Origin: Gemmatimonadaceae bacterium
GTDB taxonomy: Bacteria; Gemmatimonadota; Gemmatimonadetes; Gemmatimonadales; Gemmatimonadaceae
Direction of reading: 5' to 3'
NCBI GenBank assembly: GCA_051859245.1
Contig: JBHYGA010000001.1
Location: 1,597,722-1,661,721 of the forward strand
Length of the DNA: 64,000 bases
The notes below the pieces were generated by a model. The model was given only the letters and a program-made list of their open reading frames with translations, was not told the DNA's origin and did no database searches. Shown here one piece after another: positions 1-11,854 of this stretch. Each line of letters opens with the position of its first letter. Positions within the stretch are counted from its first letter, which is position 1. A program made the position numbers and the translations under genes.

Positions 1-1407
1 AATGATGCGTCGTTCGAAGTCGTCTCGGCACTCGAAGAGCGCCGCATTGATTTTCCGGGGCTCATCATCCAGAGCAGTCCGAAGCGGTACTATCCGGACG
101 GTGAAGCGATCGCGGCGATCATTGGCTACACCAACGAGATCAACGATCAGGATTTGCTCCTCCCGGAGTTTGAAGCAACGTACAAGGCTGGGCAGCAAAT
201 CGGGCGCGCCGGACTCGAGCGCAAATACGAATCACGACTGCGTGGTATTGAGGGCAGTCACTTCGTTGAAGTCGACGCGCGTGGACGTGTCGTGCGCGAG
301 CAGGGCGTTCGTGATGACATTCCGCCCAAGCCGCCTGAAGCGCTTCGCAGCACGCTCGACATGGATCTCCAGCGTTTCATTCATGAGACGTATGGCGACT
401 CATTGCGCGGTGCAGTGGTTGCATTGGATCCCACATCCGGTGGCGTCTTGGCGCTGTACAGTGGTCCCACGTTTGACGCGAACCGATTTACTGGCGGCGT
501 TGCGGCCAGCTACTACAATCAACTGAATACCGATCCCGCGCGGCCCATGTATAACAAGGCCGTGCAAGGCGCGTATGAGCCAGCGTCCACGTGGAAACTG
601 GCAACGTCAATCATTGCCATGGAGCAGGGGTTGGCCGAGATCGGCACGCGTATGGAGGTACCGTGCACGGGCGGCTATCAGTTCGGCAATCGCCGTTTCA
701 AATGCTGGAAGCCCGAGGGGCACGGCAATGTCACGCTCGCACAAGCCATCGCAAACTCATGCGATGTGTATTTCTACCAGCTCGGACTCAAGATTGGGCT
801 CAAGAATCTTGTCGCGGGTGGTGTGCGGCTGGGGTCCGGTGATCGAACCGGTATTGATCTGCCAAGTGAGACTCGGTCGTCCTTCCCGGACACCAACGTC
901 ACGCGCTACTACAACGAAAAATACGGCGCACGCGGCTGGAGTAACGCCGTCATTCTCAACCTGAGCATCGGGCAGGGCGAGAACGCCCAGACGGTGATCA
1001 ACATGGCGCGCTTCTATACCGCGCTTGCCACAGATGGCGCTGCCGCGCCACCACACCTCATCGAAACAAACGTCGAGCGCAAACAACTGTTCAACTTGCG
1101 TCCCGAACAGTTGGAGGCGTTGCGGGCCGCCATGGCCGACGTCGTGTCTGGACGCGGCACGGCCGGAAGCGCGGCGCTGCAGGGCATTGTTGTTGCCGGA
1201 AAAACGGGCACCGCGCAGAACCCGCCGAATCCGGACCACGCCTGGTTCGTGGGGTTCGCGCCGTACGAGAAGCCAAAAATTGTGGTCGCCGTCTTCCTGG
1301 AGTACGGACTGCATGGCTACGCGGCGGCGCGCATCGCAACCAAGGTCATGGAGCGGTATCTCAATGTGTCACTGGTGAATGCGTCGGCCACTACAGCGGC
1401 GCAGTAA
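1..1407 (+). CDS. mrdA: Penicillin-binding protein 2 (5'-truncated by the window edge)
   Basis: Frame +1 is open from base 1 (NDASFEVVSALEERRIDFPGLIIQSSPKRYYP...). Transpeptidase motifs STWK (SxxK), SCD and KTGTAQ are present. Lies directly upstream of rodA. Confidence 0.95.
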   Translation, partial: NDASFEVVSALEERRIDFPGLIIQSSPKRYYPDGEAIAAIIGYTNEINDQDLLLPEFEATYKAGQQIGRAGLERKYESRLRGIEGSHFVEVDARGRVVREQGVRDDIPPKPPEALRSTLDMDLQRFIHETYGDSLRGAVVALDPTSGGVLALYSGPTFDANRFTGGVAASYYNQLNTDPARPMYNKAVQGAYEPASTWKLATSIIAMEQGLAEIGTRMEVPCTGGYQFGNRRFKCWKPEGHGNVTLAQAIANSCDVYFYQLGLKIGLKNLVAGGVRLGSGDRTGIDLPSETRSSFPDTNVTRYYNEKYGARGWSNAVILNLSIGQGENAQTVINMARFYTALATDGAAAPPHLIETNVERKQLFNLRPEQLEALRAAMADVVSGRGTAGSAALQGIVVAGKTGTAQNPPNPDHAWFVGFAPYEKPKIVVAVFLEYGLHGYAAARIATKVMERYLNVSLVNASATTAAQ

Positions 1408-1436
1408 GTCGTGGCGAACTCGTGGTGTAACGCCGA

Positions 1437-2699
1437 ATGAATCGTCGGATCTCTCGAACCACCGGGATTGACTACCCGCTGCTGGTGCTGGCGCTGCTGC
1501 TGTCCGCGTTCGGCGTGGCCATGGTGTACTCGGCCGGTCAGGTAGACATCGCCGCCGCCGCCGTGCAGTCGCTGTGGAAGAAGCAGCTGGTATGGCTATC
1601 GATTGGGCTGCTTGCGACCTGGGTCATCTCCAAGTCGTCAGTGCGGCTGATCGAATGGAGTGCGTGGCCGGTGTACGCGCTCTCCATCGGTTTGCTGTTG
1701 TTCACCGCACTGTTCGGTTCCGGAGCTGGCACGGCCGAGAGCACGAGTGGTTGGCTGACCATTGGCGGCGTGCGGCTCGGTCAGCCTGCGGAGTTGGCGA
1801 AAGTCTCAGTGGTGTTGATGCTCGCCAAAGTGCTTTCGAGCATGCGCAACACGCCGCGATCGTTGCTTGATCTCTGGGTTCCGTTGCTCGTGGTTGCGGT
1901 ACCGTGGTTGCTGATTCTGGCGCAGCGAGACCTCGGCACGGCCATTGTGTACATCGGCATCTGTTTCGTGATGTTGTTCTGGGCCGGCGCACCCTGGCAG
2001 CTCCTGATCATGCTGGCGAGTCCGGGTGTCAGTCTGGTGCTGGCGTTCAGCACGGGGGTGTGGGGAGCCTGGTTTCTGATCCTGCTGGCGCTGGTGTTCT
2101 GGTACCGCCCGTATCTGGTGGAGGGCGTACTGCTCGTCGTGGTGAATGTGGTAATGGGCGTGGTCGCGCCGCTGGTCTGGGATCGCATGGAGCCCTATCG
2201 ACAGCGTCGTTTGCTCGTGTTCCTGGATCCCCAGTACGACCCCAAAAACGCCGGCTATCAGGTGTTGCAGTCGCAGTACGCCATTGGATCTGGCGGCATC
2301 ACCGGGAAGGGCTACACGCTCGGGACACAAAAACGCCTCGGGTTTTTGCCCGAACACGAAACCGACTTCATCTTCGCGGTGGTTGGCGAAGAGCTGGGTT
2401 TTATCGGGGTTACGATCGCGCTGTCACTGTTCCTCGCTCTCTTCTACCGTTGCACGCGCGTCGCCCAGCGTGGCAATGAAGCGTTCAGCGGGTTGGTCGC
2501 GATCGGGCTTGCGGCCGGTTGGTTCGTGCACGTTGTTGTGAATGTGGGCATGACGCTGAACCTCATGCCGATTACCGGAATTCCGCTGCCGTTCTTCAGC
2601 TACGGCGGCTCCTTCATGCTCATGTGCTGGCTCTCGGTGGCGTTGCTGCTGCGCATCTCGTCCGAGGGTCGCGGCCAGGCCGACGGCCTTGGACTGTAG
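1437..2699 (+). CDS. rodA: Rod shape-determining protein RodA (SEDS family)
   Basis: Multi-TM protein with QPAELAK, DLGTA, GYQVLQS..AIGSGG, PEHETDFIF and PITGIPLPFFSYGGS motifs; follows mrdA. Confidence 0.95.
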   Translation: MNRRISRTTGIDYPLLVLALLLSAFGVAMVYSAGQVDIAAAAVQSLWKKQLVWLSIGLLATWVISKSSVRLIEWSAWPVYALSIGLLLFTALFGSGAGTAESTSGWLTIGGVRLGQPAELAKVSVVLMLAKVLSSMRNTPRSLLDLWVPLLVVAVPWLLILAQRDLGTAIVYIGICFVMLFWAGAPWQLLIMLASPGVSLVLAFSTGVWGAWFLILLALVFWYRPYLVEGVLLVVVNVVMGVVAPLVWDRMEPYRQRRLLVFLDPQYDPKNAGYQVLQSQYAIGSGGITGKGYTLGTQKRLGFLPEHETDFIFAVVGEELGFIGVTIALSLFLALFYRCTRVAQRGNEAFSGLVAIGLAAGWFVHVVVNVGMTLNLMPITGIPLPFFSYGGSFMLMCWLSVALLLRISSEGRGQADGLGL

Positions 2700-2745
2700 A
2701 GCTCGGCACTAGCCTTCAACGCGCCAGCTGCTGATCTTACGACCT

Positions 2746-3609
2746 ATGGCTTGGTTCAGAAAAGAGAAAAAGCCGCGGCAGCCGCCGCGTGAACGCCTCG
2801 AAATCCCCCGCGATACGTGGGAGAAGTGTGAGGCCTGTGGGCACACGGATATTCGCGACAAGTTTCTGCGAAACTTCAACGTGTGTCCGGAATGTGATTT
2901 TCACCGTCGCTTTCGCGCTCACGACTACGCCGGGATGCTGCTCGATGATGGCTCCCAGATCGAAGTCGGGATGGAGCTGCGATCCGTCGATCCGCTTGGT
3001 TTTCCCGACTATCCCAACCGCCTCAAGCGCGCGCTCGCGAATGCAGGGGACGGCGACGCCATTCTGACCGTGGCCGGAACGCTTGAGGGCATGCCCGTCG
3101 GGCTTGGCGTCATGGACTTCGCGTTCATGGGTGGCTCGATGGGCAGCGTCGTTGGCGAAAAGATCGCGCGCCTAGGACAGCGCTGTCTCGAACGCAAACA
3201 TCCGTTGGTCATCATGTCTGCGTCGGGCGGCGCGCGCATGCAGGAAGGCGTGCTGTCGCTGATGCAAATGGCCAAAGCGTCGGCGGTGCTGTCGCAGTTG
3301 GCGGAACGACGCATTCCGTACATCAGCGTACTCACGAATCCCACCACCGGCGGTGTGAGCGCGAGCTTCGCCATGCTTGGTGATGCGATCGTTGCGGAAC
3401 CGGGCGCAGTGATCGGCTTTGCCGGTCCGCGCGTGATCAAGCAAACGCTGGGGCAGGATTTGCCCGAGGGATTTCAGACGGCCGAGTTTCTGCTGGATCA
3501 TGGCATGGTGGACCGCGTGGTGCATCGCAAGCAGCTCCGCGAAACGCTGTCGCGCCTGATGCGCCATATGTCGGGCCGTCCGGCAGCTGCTGGGTACGAC
3601 GAAGCCTGA
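2746..3609 (+). CDS. accD: Acetyl-CoA carboxylase carboxyltransferase beta subunit
   Basis: CxxC..CxxC zinc ribbon, MGGSMGSVVGEK, SGGARMQEG, PTTGGVSASFA, GFAGPRVI. Confidence 0.97.
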   Translation: MAWFRKEKKPRQPPRERLEIPRDTWEKCEACGHTDIRDKFLRNFNVCPECDFHRRFRAHDYAGMLLDDGSQIEVGMELRSVDPLGFPDYPNRLKRALANAGDGDAILTVAGTLEGMPVGLGVMDFAFMGGSMGSVVGEKIARLGQRCLERKHPLVIMSASGGARMQEGVLSLMQMAKASAVLSQLAERRIPYISVLTNPTTGGVSASFAMLGDAIVAEPGAVIGFAGPRVIKQTLGQDLPEGFQTAEFLLDHGMVDRVVHRKQLRETLSRLMRHMSGRPAAAGYDEA

Positions 3610-3641
3610 CCCACGATCCGCTTTCACCGTCACCGCGCGGC

Positions 3642-4943
3642 GTGGCACTGCCGCCCGGTGCACCGGATGACTACCAGCGTGCGCTACGCGCGCTCTTTGC
3701 GCGAACCACGGGCGTCTGGCGTCTCGGCCTCGAGCGTGTTGGCGAGTTCCTGCGGCGAGTCGGCGATCCGCATCGCACGTATCCCGTATTTCACGTTGCG
3801 GGTACCAACGGCAAGGGCAGTGTGGTTACCACGCTGGACGCGTTGCTGCGGCACGCGGGGTATCGCGTGGGGCGCTATACGTCGCCACACCTCGTGGACT
3901 TTCGCGAGCGCATAGTGGTGAACGGCGTGCCAATGCCGCCCGCCGAAATCGTGCGATGGCTCGACGAAAAGGCGCCGCTCGTTGAAGAGCTTGGAGCCAC
4001 GTTTTTCGAAGTCACCACGGCGATGGCGTTTGATTGGTTCGCGCGCGCCGGCGTTGACGTGGCGGTGATCGAAGTGGGGCTTGGCGGTCGGCTCGACGCG
4101 ACCAACGTTGTGCAGCCAGTGTGCGCGGGTGTCACCTCCATTGGCATTGATCACCAGGAGTTTCTTGGAGACACGCTCACGCAGGTGGCGCTAGAAAAGG
4201 CGGGTATTTACAAGCCGGGGGCAGCAGCGGTTGTGGGCGACTCGCAGCTGCTCGTGAGCGAGACGCTGCGACAGGCTGCGCTCGGCGCTGGTGCATCACC
4301 ACTGCTGGCCGCTGGTCAGGACTGGGACGTAAGCGAGGTATCGGTGGCAGCCGACGGCACGCGCTTCACGCTGCACGGACTCTTTGACGAGCCTCGGCGT
4401 GTCCATACGGCGCTCGTGGGCACGTATCAGGCCGAAAACGCGTGTACAGCCCTCGCCATGCTCAAGGCAGCAGGAGCGCCCTGGAGTGCCGCCCTGAGTG
4501 CTGTAGACGAGGTCTTACCGACCGTGCGGCTCGAGGGGCGCTTCCAGCGCGTTGGCGCTTGGATTTTTGATGTGGCGCACAACCCGGATGGCGCACACAC
4601 CATCGGGCAGACGTTGGCGCTCACGCCCGTGCCGCGGCCGCTGCTGGCCCTTGTCACCGTACTGCGAGACAAGGATTGGCGCGGCATTCTGCGCGAGTTG
4701 GCGCCCGCGGTGGACGGTTTTGTCATCAGCAATGCGCCTACGGCGCCCGCGAGCCGACGCTGGGACGCCAATGAGGCGGCGGAATACGCGCGCGCACTCG
4801 GGCGCCCAGTGTTTCTGGAGCCTGATTTTGACGCGGCAATGGCGCTCGCGACTCGCCAGGCGTCGACCGTGCTCGCCACCGGCTCATTCCACACGGTGGG
4901 CGACGTGATGGAGCGCTTGCCGGTGGATCCTCTCGCTCAATAG
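3642..4943 (+). CDS. folC: Folylpolyglutamate synthase/dihydrofolate synthase
   Basis: HVAGTNGKGS, YTSPHL..FRERI, EVGLGGRLDATN, DVAHN; conserved accD-folC order. Confidence 0.96.
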   Translation: MALPPGAPDDYQRALRALFARTTGVWRLGLERVGEFLRRVGDPHRTYPVFHVAGTNGKGSVVTTLDALLRHAGYRVGRYTSPHLVDFRERIVVNGVPMPPAEIVRWLDEKAPLVEELGATFFEVTTAMAFDWFARAGVDVAVIEVGLGGRLDATNVVQPVCAGVTSIGIDHQEFLGDTLTQVALEKAGIYKPGAAAVVGDSQLLVSETLRQAALGAGASPLLAAGQDWDVSEVSVAADGTRFTLHGLFDEPRRVHTALVGTYQAENACTALAMLKAAGAPWSAALSAVDEVLPTVRLEGRFQRVGAWIFDVAHNPDGAHTIGQTLALTPVPRPLLALVTVLRDKDWRGILRELAPAVDGFVISNAPTAPASRRWDANEAAEYARALGRPVFLEPDFDAAMALATRQASTVLATGSFHTVGDVMERLPVDPLAQ

Positions 4944-4952
4944 CTTGCAGAG
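4917..4952 (+). promoter_or_regulatory. Putative sigma70 promoter of hisS (leaderless-type)
   Basis: TTGCCG(4917-4922)-N18-TAGCTT(4941-4946)-N6-ATG(4953). Confidence 0.5.
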
Positions 4953-6284
4953 ATGCCCCCTAAAGCCCTGCCCGGATTCAGAGACTTCTATCCGGCCGAG
5001 TTCGCCGTTCGGGCCCACATTCTTGACACCTGGCGCCGCATCGTGCGGCGTTATGCGTTCATGGAGTACGATGGGCCACCACTCGAACCACTCGAGCTGT
5101 ACACGCAGAAGAGTGGTGACGAGATCGTCGGGCAGCTCTACTCGTTCGAAGACAAAGGTGGTCGCGCTGTCGCGATGCGTCCCGAGATGACGCCCACGTT
5201 CGCACGCATGGTGGCCGCGCGCGCGCAGGCGCTCCGCAAACCGGTGCGCTGGTTTTCCGTACCACAACTCTTTCGCTACGAGCGCCAACAGAAGGGGCGC
5301 TTGCGTGAACACTTTCAGCTGAACGTGGACATCGTTGGTGAAGCCGACGTGTTGGCGGATGCCGAGTTGCTGTCGGTAGCGATTCAGATTTGTTGTGCGT
5401 TCGGGCTGGATCGCACCGACTTTTACGCGCGCGTTTCTGATCGCCGACTGCTCAACGCGTTGCTGGCGAATCTAGGGATCGACGCCGATGCCTGGCCCGC
5501 GGTGTACGCGGTGCTCGACAAGCTGGAGCGTCAACCGCGCGATGTCTCGTCGGAAAAACTTGCGGCGGCGGGGCTGAGCGAGAACGCACGCGAGACCGTA
5601 CTGGGCTTTGGCGACTTTGACTCCGTTGACGCGTTGCGTGCGCGCTTTGGTGATTCGCCCGATGTCGCGGTGCATCTTGATCGCTTCGCCGAGTACGCCG
5701 CGCATTTACACGCCCTCGGTGTGGGCGAGTACTTGCGACTGGACCTCACCATTGTGCGCGGACTCGCGTACTACACGGGCATCGTGTTCGAACTGTTCGA
5801 TGCGCAGGGTGAGTTTCGTGCCATCTGCGGTGGTGGTCGTTATGACAATCTGCTGAACGCGCTGGGTGGTGTGGATTTGCCGGCGCTGGGCTTTGGTATG
5901 GGCGATGTCGTGCTGGGCGAGTTGCTCAAGGCGCGCGGCAAGCTGCAGGAGGTAGGCGTGCCGTCGCCCGACGTATGGATCATCCCGTCGGAGGAAACAA
6001 GCGTCGCGCATGTGTTGCAGGCGGCGAGCGTCCTGCGCAGCGCCGAGTTGAGTGTTGAGTATGTGCTCAGCGGCGACAAGCTGCACAGCCGAAAGGCTGG
6101 CGCGCAGCTCAAGGACGCGCAGAAAGCAGGCGCACGCATCGCCCTGGTGTTTCGTGATCGTGTGCATGCTGAAGTCATGGCGCTCGGCAGTGAAAGTGCA
6201 GGTGAGCGTGCAGTTGTGAATACCGATGGCTGGACGGCTTCCTCGGCTGACCTGTCATCGATTCTGTCATTGCTTGGTCGCTAA
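4953..6284 (+). CDS. hisS: Histidine--tRNA ligase
   Basis: RPEMTP, FRYERQQKGRLREHFQ, RGLAYYTG and GGGRYD motifs. Confidence 0.97.
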   Translation: MPPKALPGFRDFYPAEFAVRAHILDTWRRIVRRYAFMEYDGPPLEPLELYTQKSGDEIVGQLYSFEDKGGRAVAMRPEMTPTFARMVAARAQALRKPVRWFSVPQLFRYERQQKGRLREHFQLNVDIVGEADVLADAELLSVAIQICCAFGLDRTDFYARVSDRRLLNALLANLGIDADAWPAVYAVLDKLERQPRDVSSEKLAAAGLSENARETVLGFGDFDSVDALRARFGDSPDVAVHLDRFAEYAAHLHALGVGEYLRLDLTIVRGLAYYTGIVFELFDAQGEFRAICGGGRYDNLLNALGGVDLPALGFGMGDVVLGELLKARGKLQEVGVPSPDVWIIPSEETSVAHVLQAASVLRSAELSVEYVLSGDKLHSRKAGAQLKDAQKAGARIALVFRDRVHAEVMALGSESAGERAVVNTDGWTASSADLSSILSLLGR

Positions 6285-6317
6285 GGCGACCGGCGTTCTC
6301 TTTCGTACCAGACTGTT

Positions 6318-7787
6318 ATGGCCGACGACAAAAAGCTCACCACCCGCGCTGATGATTTCAGCGCGTGGTACAACGAACTCGTGTTGCGCGCCGAACTGGC
6401 CGACTACTCGCCGGTGCGCGGATGCATGGTCATTCGCCCGCTCGGTTACGGCGTCTGGGAGCGCATGCAGCGCGCGCTCGACGACATGTTCAAAGCCACC
6501 GGGCACGTGAACGCGTATTTCCCGCTGTTCATTCCGGAAAGCTTCATGAGCAAGGAAGCGGAGCATGTGGAAGGCTTCGCACCGGAATGCGCCGTAGTCA
6601 CGCATGGCGGCGGCAAGCAGCTCGAAGAGCGGTTGGTGGTGCGCCCCACGTCAGAGACGATCATCTACTCGATGTTTGCCAAGTGGGTGCAGAGCTATCG
6701 CGACTTGCCGTTGCTCTACAATCAGTGGGCGAACGTGGTGCGCTGGGAAATGCGTACGCGCTTGTTCCTGCGCACCATGGAGTTTCTCTGGCAGGAAGGG
6801 CACACGGCGCACGCCACGCACGAAGAGGCCGAAGAAGAAGCGCGAAAAATGCTCGGCGTGTACCGCACGTTCATGGAAGAGTACATCGCCATGCCCGTGA
6901 TCACCGGACAAAAGACGGATGCTGAGAAGTTTGCCGGTGCGCTGCGCACGTATTCCTGCGAAGCCATGATGCAGGACAACAAGGCGCTGCAAGCGGGCAC
7001 CTCGCACAATCTCGGGCAGAACTTTGCCAAGGCATTTGATCTTTCGTTTCAGACTGAAACCGGTGAGCAGGCGTTTGCCTGGAACACCAGCTGGGGCGTG
7101 AGTACGCGTATGGTGGGCGGCATGGTCATGACGCACGGAGATGACGCCGGACTGCGCTTGCCGCCGCGCCTCGCGCCGATTCAGGTGGTGATTGTACCCA
7201 TCTGGAAAACGGATGAAGAGCGTACGGCAACGGTAGAGAAAGCCCGCGCGATCGCTGAAGAACTCGGCAGCTTCAAGAAGCATGAGCACGAGCGGATCCG
7301 CATGCATGTGGATGATCGTGTTGGCATCAAGCCTGGCGCCAAGTACTACCACTGGGAGTTGCGCGGTATTCCCATTCGCCTTGAAATCGGGCCCCGCGAT
7401 CTGCTCGCGAACTCGTGCATGCTGGTGCGACGCGATACGCGCGAGAAAGTCTCGGTGTCCATCGATTCGCTGGCCACGGAGTTGCCCGCGCGTCTTGAAG
7501 CGATGCAGGGGGAAATGCTGGCCGCCGCACGCGCGCGCATGGAAGCCAACTCCATTCGTGAACGCATTTCGTACGACAAGTTCAAGGAAGTGATGGAAGG
7601 CGACGGCGCCTTTGTGTATGCGGGCTGGTGCGGCGATCCGGCGGTGGAAGCGCAGGTGAAAGCCGAAACCAAAGCCACGATTCGCTGCATTCCCGATCCG
7701 GAGTTTCGATCGGCGGAAGCTCCAACCACATGCATGGTGACCGGTCGTCCGGCGGTTGCTGAGGTGTTATGGGCGAAAGCGTACTGA
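6318..7787 (+). CDS. proS: Proline--tRNA ligase, eukaryote/archaea-like type (no INS editing domain)
   Basis: [52 protein letters not shown] and C-terminal AKAY. Confidence 0.97.
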   Translation: MADDKKLTTRADDFSAWYNELVLRAELADYSPVRGCMVIRPLGYGVWERMQRALDDMFKATGHVNAYFPLFIPESFMSKEAEHVEGFAPECAVVTHGGGKQLEERLVVRPTSETIIYSMFAKWVQSYRDLPLLYNQWANVVRWEMRTRLFLRTMEFLWQEGHTAHATHEEAEEEARKMLGVYRTFMEEYIAMPVITGQKTDAEKFAGALRTYSCEAMMQDNKALQAGTSHNLGQNFAKAFDLSFQTETGEQAFAWNTSWGVSTRMVGGMVMTHGDDAGLRLPPRLAPIQVVIVPIWKTDEERTATVEKARAIAEELGSFKKHEHERIRMHVDDRVGIKPGAKYYHWELRGIPIRLEIGPRDLLANSCMLVRRDTREKVSVSIDSLATELPARLEAMQGEMLAAARARMEANSIRERISYDKFKEVMEGDGAFVYAGWCGDPAVEAQVKAETKATIRCIPDPEFRSAEAPTTCMVTGRPAVAEVLWAKAY

Positions 7788-9064
7788 CGTCAGGATTTTC
7801 GCGCGTGGATGGCGCCATGTTCGTGGAAGGCGTGCCACTCGAGCGAATCGCGGAAGCGGTGGGCACGCCCACCTACGTGTACAGTGCCGGCCGCATTCGT
7901 GAACAGTATCGCCGACTCGAGTCGGCGCTGATGGCCGCGCTGCCTGACGTGTCGCATCGCATTCACTTCAGCGTAAAAGCGAACTCGAACCTCGCCGTGC
8001 TCCGCACGTTACAGGAGCTGGGCGCGGGTGTCGACATCGTGTCGGCGGGCGAGCTGTTTCGAGCTCGCGAGGCGGGGTTTGGTGGCGCTGATGTTGTGTT
8101 CAGCGGCGTTGGCAAAACAGCGGATGAACTGGCGCAGGCGCTGTCATCGCAGGTGCTGTTCATCAATGTGGAATCAGAAGGCGAACTCTTGCTTGTGGAG
8201 CAGGTGGCCGCTGAACACGGGGTGATCGCGCCGGTCACACTGCGCGTGAATCCCGAAGTCACGGTGGAGAGCCCGCACGAATACATCCGCACGGGAGAAA
8301 AGGGCCACAAGTTTGGTATTCCCTACGATGATGCCGAACACGTGGCGCTGCTCGCGCATTCGCTGCCGCATGTCAAACTTGTTGGTCTCGACATGCACAT
8401 CGGCTCGCAGATCGCCGCCTGGGATCCGTACGCAAGCGCGCTGACACGACTGAAAACGCTGCTTGCGTCGCTGCGCGCGCAGGGTGTGACCACCCTCAAG
8501 TGGCTCGACATTGGAGGTGGACTCGCGGTCACGTATGACGACGAAGCACCTGCCGATGTGGAGCGGTTTGCTCGTGGAGTGGCCGAGGCGGTGCGCGGAC
8601 TTGATGTATCGGTGGTGCTGGAGCCCGGTCGCTTTCTCGTTGCCGAGTCGGGCGTCTTGTTGGCGCGTGTTCTCTACCGAAAGCGCAGCGGTGGCAAGGA
8701 GTACATCATCACCGACGCGGGCATGAACGATCTCGTGCGTCCGTCACACTATCAGGCGTATCATCGCATCGACGCCGTGCATGACATCGACGAACGCGTC
8801 GTGGCGGACGTTGTTGGGCCCGTGTGCGAGTCCGGTGACTTTCTCGCCTTGGCGCGCGATATGCCGGCGGTTGAACCCGGTGATTTGCTCGCGGTGCAAA
8901 CGGCGGGCGCGTACGGCTTTGTGATGTCGTCAAACTACAACTCTCGCCCCAAGCCTGCGGAAGTGCTCGTAGATGGGGATCGCTTCGCTGTAGCCACTGA
9001 GCGTGAGCGTCTCGAAGACCTGGTGCGGCTGGAACGGGCGCACCTCCAATGGAGGAGTGCCTGA
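7769..9064 (+). CDS. lysA: Diaminopimelate decarboxylase
   Basis: FSVKANSN (PLP lysine), [33 protein letters not shown]. Confidence 0.96.
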   Translation: MGESVLTSGFSRVDGAMFVEGVPLERIAEAVGTPTYVYSAGRIREQYRRLESALMAALPDVSHRIHFSVKANSNLAVLRTLQELGAGVDIVSAGELFRAREAGFGGADVVFSGVGKTADELAQALSSQVLFINVESEGELLLVEQVAAEHGVIAPVTLRVNPEVTVESPHEYIRTGEKGHKFGIPYDDAEHVALLAHSLPHVKLVGLDMHIGSQIAAWDPYASALTRLKTLLASLRAQGVTTLKWLDIGGGLAVTYDDEAPADVERFARGVAEAVRGLDVSVVLEPGRFLVAESGVLLARVLYRKRSGGKEYIITDAGMNDLVRPSHYQAYHRIDAVHDIDERVVADVVGPVCESGDFLALARDMPAVEPGDLLAVQTAGAYGFVMSSNYNSRPKPAEVLVDGDRFAVATERERLEDLVRLERAHLQWRSA

Positions 9065-9574
9065 GTGAAAATCGGCCTGTTGTCAGATAGTCATGATCGC
9101 GTTCCGGCAGTGCGGGCGCTTGTTGAGCGCATGCTGGCGGAGGGCGTGGCGGTTGTGATTCATGCGGGCGATTGGTGCGCCCCGTTCACGCTCAAGGCGA
9201 TGCAGGATTTGCAGGTACCACTGCTCGGTGTCTTCGGCCGGAACGACGGCGATCCCGAAGGATTGCGGGCCGCGGCGCAGGCCGCACTCGGCGCTGAACT
9301 GTACGAATCACCGCACAGCTTTGAGTTTGGCGGCCAGCAGATTCTCGTGGTGCACGACATCAACGACGTGCACGAACGATCGCTCGCTCAACATCAGGTT
9401 GTGGTGCACGGATTTACGCACGTTGCCGAAATGAAAACACGCGGTGACACGATCATTGTGAATCCCGGTGAAGCGTGCGGCTGGGTGCACGGCGAACCGA
9501 GCGGTGCCATTCTCGACCTCTCCACCAAGGCCGTGGAGTTCATCAAGCTCACCGGACCGGAGTGGAAGTTCTGA
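9065..9574 (+). CDS. Metallophosphoesterase (YfcE/MJ0936-like)
   Basis: SDSH, HAGD, GRND, HGFTH and NPGE calcineurin-like motifs. Confidence 0.88.
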   Translation: MKIGLLSDSHDRVPAVRALVERMLAEGVAVVIHAGDWCAPFTLKAMQDLQVPLLGVFGRNDGDPEGLRAAAQAALGAELYESPHSFEFGGQQILVVHDINDVHERSLAQHQVVVHGFTHVAEMKTRGDTIIVNPGEACGWVHGEPSGAILDLSTKAVEFIKLTGPEWKF

Positions 9575-11118
9575 TGGGAAGTCGCATTCTGATTCTCGAT
9601 TGTGGTTCGCAGTTTACGCAGCTCATTGCACGTCGCGTGCGTGAGGCGCGTGTGTACTCGGAGATTCATCCCGTGGCTACACGCTCGCTGGAATGGGTGC
9701 GTGAGTGGAAGCCGGACGGCATCATTCTGTCAGGCGGGCCCAACTCGGTAAACGATGAAGGTGCACCGACCATTGATCCTGCGATGCTCGACATCGCGCC
9801 GGTACTTGGCGTCTGTTACGGCATGCAACTGTTGGCCAAACTGGCTGGCGGAACGGTGGCAGCAGCAGGTCGACGTGAATACGGGCGTGCCGAAATTGAG
9901 GTGAAGGACAACACCGGATTATTTGGTGGGTTTGAGCTGGGCGAGCGCAGCACGGTGTGGATGAGCCACGGTGATCATGTGGACGCGGTTCCCGCCGGTT
10001 ATGTGGAAACAGCACGCAGCGGACACACGCTCGCGGGCTTTCGCCACGAGACGCGTCCCATTCATGCCGTGCAGTTCCACGCGGAGGTTGCACACACCGC
10101 ACGCGGCGCGCAGATCATCGAGAGCTTTCTCTTTGACATCTGTCATTGTTCGCCGGATTGGACGCCCGGTCACTTCATCGATCTTGAAGTCGCGCGCATT
10201 CGCGAGCTGGTTGGTGACAAACATGTCATCTGCGGTTTGTCCGGCGGCGTAGACTCGTCGGTTGCCGCCGCGCTGGTGCACAAGGCTATTGGTGATCAGC
10301 TCACCTGTATCTTTGTTGATACCGGTCTCTTGCGATTGCACGAGCGCGAACAGGTGGAACGCACCTTCCGTGCGCATCTCGGCATCAAGCTCGTAACCGT
10401 GCGAGCGGAAGATCGATTCATGTCGGGCCTCAAGGGTGTTGGTGAACCCGAGAAGAAGCGCACGATCATCGGGCACACGTTTATTGACGTGTTCGAAGAC
10501 GCGGCCGCAGAAGCAGGGAAAGATGCGTCGTTTCTGGTGCAGGGCACACTCTATCCCGACGTGATCGAATCGGTGAGTGCGACTGGCGGACCGTCGGCGA
10601 CGATCAAAACGCATCACAACGTGGGCGGGCTCAAGCCGGGCATGAAGTTCGCGCTGATTGAGCCGTTGCGCGAGTTGTTCAAGGATGAAGTGCGCAACGT
10701 GGGTCGCGAGCTCGGATTGCCGGAAGAAATGGTCGGTCGCCACCCGTTCCCAGGTCCTGGATTGGCGATTCGTGTGCTCGGTGCTGTTAGCGAATACGAA
10801 GTGGATATTCTGCGCCGCGCCGACGCGATCTATCTCGAAGAGATTCGTGCGGCCGGGCTGTACAATGACATCTGGCAGGCGTTCGCGGTGTTCCTGCCGG
10901 TGCGTTCGGTTGGCGTCATGGGCGATGGACGCACATATGAGCACGTAATCGCCTTGCGCGCCGTCACCAGCACAGATGGCATGACGGCCGACTGGTTCGC
11001 GTTTCCGCACGAAGTGCTTGGTCGGATCTCCAGTCGCATCATTAACGAGGTGGACGGTGTGAACCGCGTGGTGTACGACATCAGCTCAAAGCCACCGGCC
11101 ACGATTGAGTGGGAATAG
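9574..11118 (+). CDS. guaA: GMP synthase (glutamine-hydrolysing)
   Basis: [43 protein letters not shown]. The ATG at 9574 overlaps the upstream TGA. Confidence 0.98.
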   Translation: MGSRILILDCGSQFTQLIARRVREARVYSEIHPVATRSLEWVREWKPDGIILSGGPNSVNDEGAPTIDPAMLDIAPVLGVCYGMQLLAKLAGGTVAAAGRREYGRAEIEVKDNTGLFGGFELGERSTVWMSHGDHVDAVPAGYVETARSGHTLAGFRHETRPIHAVQFHAEVAHTARGAQIIESFLFDICHCSPDWTPGHFIDLEVARIRELVGDKHVICGLSGGVDSSVAAALVHKAIGDQLTCIFVDTGLLRLHEREQVERTFRAHLGIKLVTVRAEDRFMSGLKGVGEPEKKRTIIGHTFIDVFEDAAAEAGKDASFLVQGTLYPDVIESVSATGGPSATIKTHHNVGGLKPGMKFALIEPLRELFKDEVRNVGRELGLPEEMVGRHPFPGPGLAIRVLGAVSEYEVDILRRADAIYLEEIRAAGLYNDIWQAFAVFLPVRSVGVMGDGRTYEHVIALRAVTSTDGMTADWFAFPHEVLGRISSRIINEVDGVNRVVYDISSKPPATIEWE

Positions 11119-11134
11119 TTCACACAGTGACAAG

Positions 11135-11178
11135 CAAACGGCCCGCCAACTCAGATCGAGTTGGCGGGCCGTTTGTTT
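11135..11178. terminator. Bidirectional intrinsic terminator between guaA and the fasciclin gene
   Basis: Perfect 18-bp stem CAAACGGCCCGCCAACTC / GAGTTGGCGGGCCGTTTG with a 5-nt loop, between convergent genes. Confidence 0.85.
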
Positions 11179-11199
11179 GCTCGCGTGAACGCGGGCAGC

Positions 11200-11760
11200 T
11201 TACATCTTGGGCGGCATAAGGACCGCGTCGATCACGTGAATCACGCCGTTCGAGGCCGCGATGTCCGTGTTCGTGACGTTCACGTTGCCGTTGAGCACAA
11301 CCTTGCCATCCACGACCTGGATCGTGACCTTGCGGCCTTCAACCGTGGTGGCTTCCGTCATGGTGGTGACCTGCGAGGCCGGCACGTTGCCGGAGATCAC
11401 GTGGTACGTGAGCACCTTCGTGAGCTCATCCTTGTTGGCGAGCAGCGCCTGGAGGTCGGCGGCCGGGATCTTGGCGAACGCTTCGTCCGTCGGGGCGAGC
11501 ACGGTGTACGGGCCTGCACCCTGCAGCGTCTCAACGAGGCCAGCGGCCGTGAGGGCCTGGGCCAGCGTGTTGAACGTGCCAGCGGCGGTGGCCACGGCGA
11601 TGATGTCGCCCGGAGCGGCGGGCTGCATGGCAGCCTCAGCAGCGGCGGCCGCGGCAGCGGAATCCGCGGCGGCAGCGGCTACAGCGGCGTCATCCTTGGC
11701 AGCGCCTCCGCAGGCGGCCAATGCAACAAGAGCAAACGTACCAATCGCGCGATGCATCAT
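11200..11760 (-). CDS. Fasciclin (FAS1) domain lipoprotein
   Basis: Lipobox LAAC, Ala-rich linker, [18 protein letters not shown] and [11 protein letters not shown]. Start placed at the ATG at 11760. Confidence 0.92.
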   Translation of the reverse strand: MMHRAIGTFALVALAACGGAAKDDAAVAAAAADSAAAAAAAEAAMQPAAPGDIIAVATAAGTFNTLAQALTAAGLVETLQGAGPYTVLAPTDEAFAKIPAADLQALLANKDELTKVLTYHVISGNVPASQVTTMTEATTVEGRKVTIQVVDGKVVLNGNVNVTNTDIAASNGVIHVIDAVLMPPKM

Positions 11761-11827
11761 AAGATTTGGATTCCGATTCGTTGTGAGAAGTCGAATGACT
11801 GCGGGGGCTCTCACCCACACCACGGGC

Positions 11828-11854
11828 TAACAGCTCGTGTTCCGGGAAAGTTCC
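11828..11854 (-). promoter_or_regulatory. Possible ECF sigma-factor promoter of the fasciclin gene
   Basis: Minus strand reads GGAACTT-N15-TGTTA, about 70 nt upstream of the ATG. Confidence 0.4.

Noticed and set aside
11600..11720. GCG/GCA-rich repetitive tract
   Set aside because: It encodes the Ala-rich linker of the fasciclin lipoprotein; it is not a DNA repeat element.
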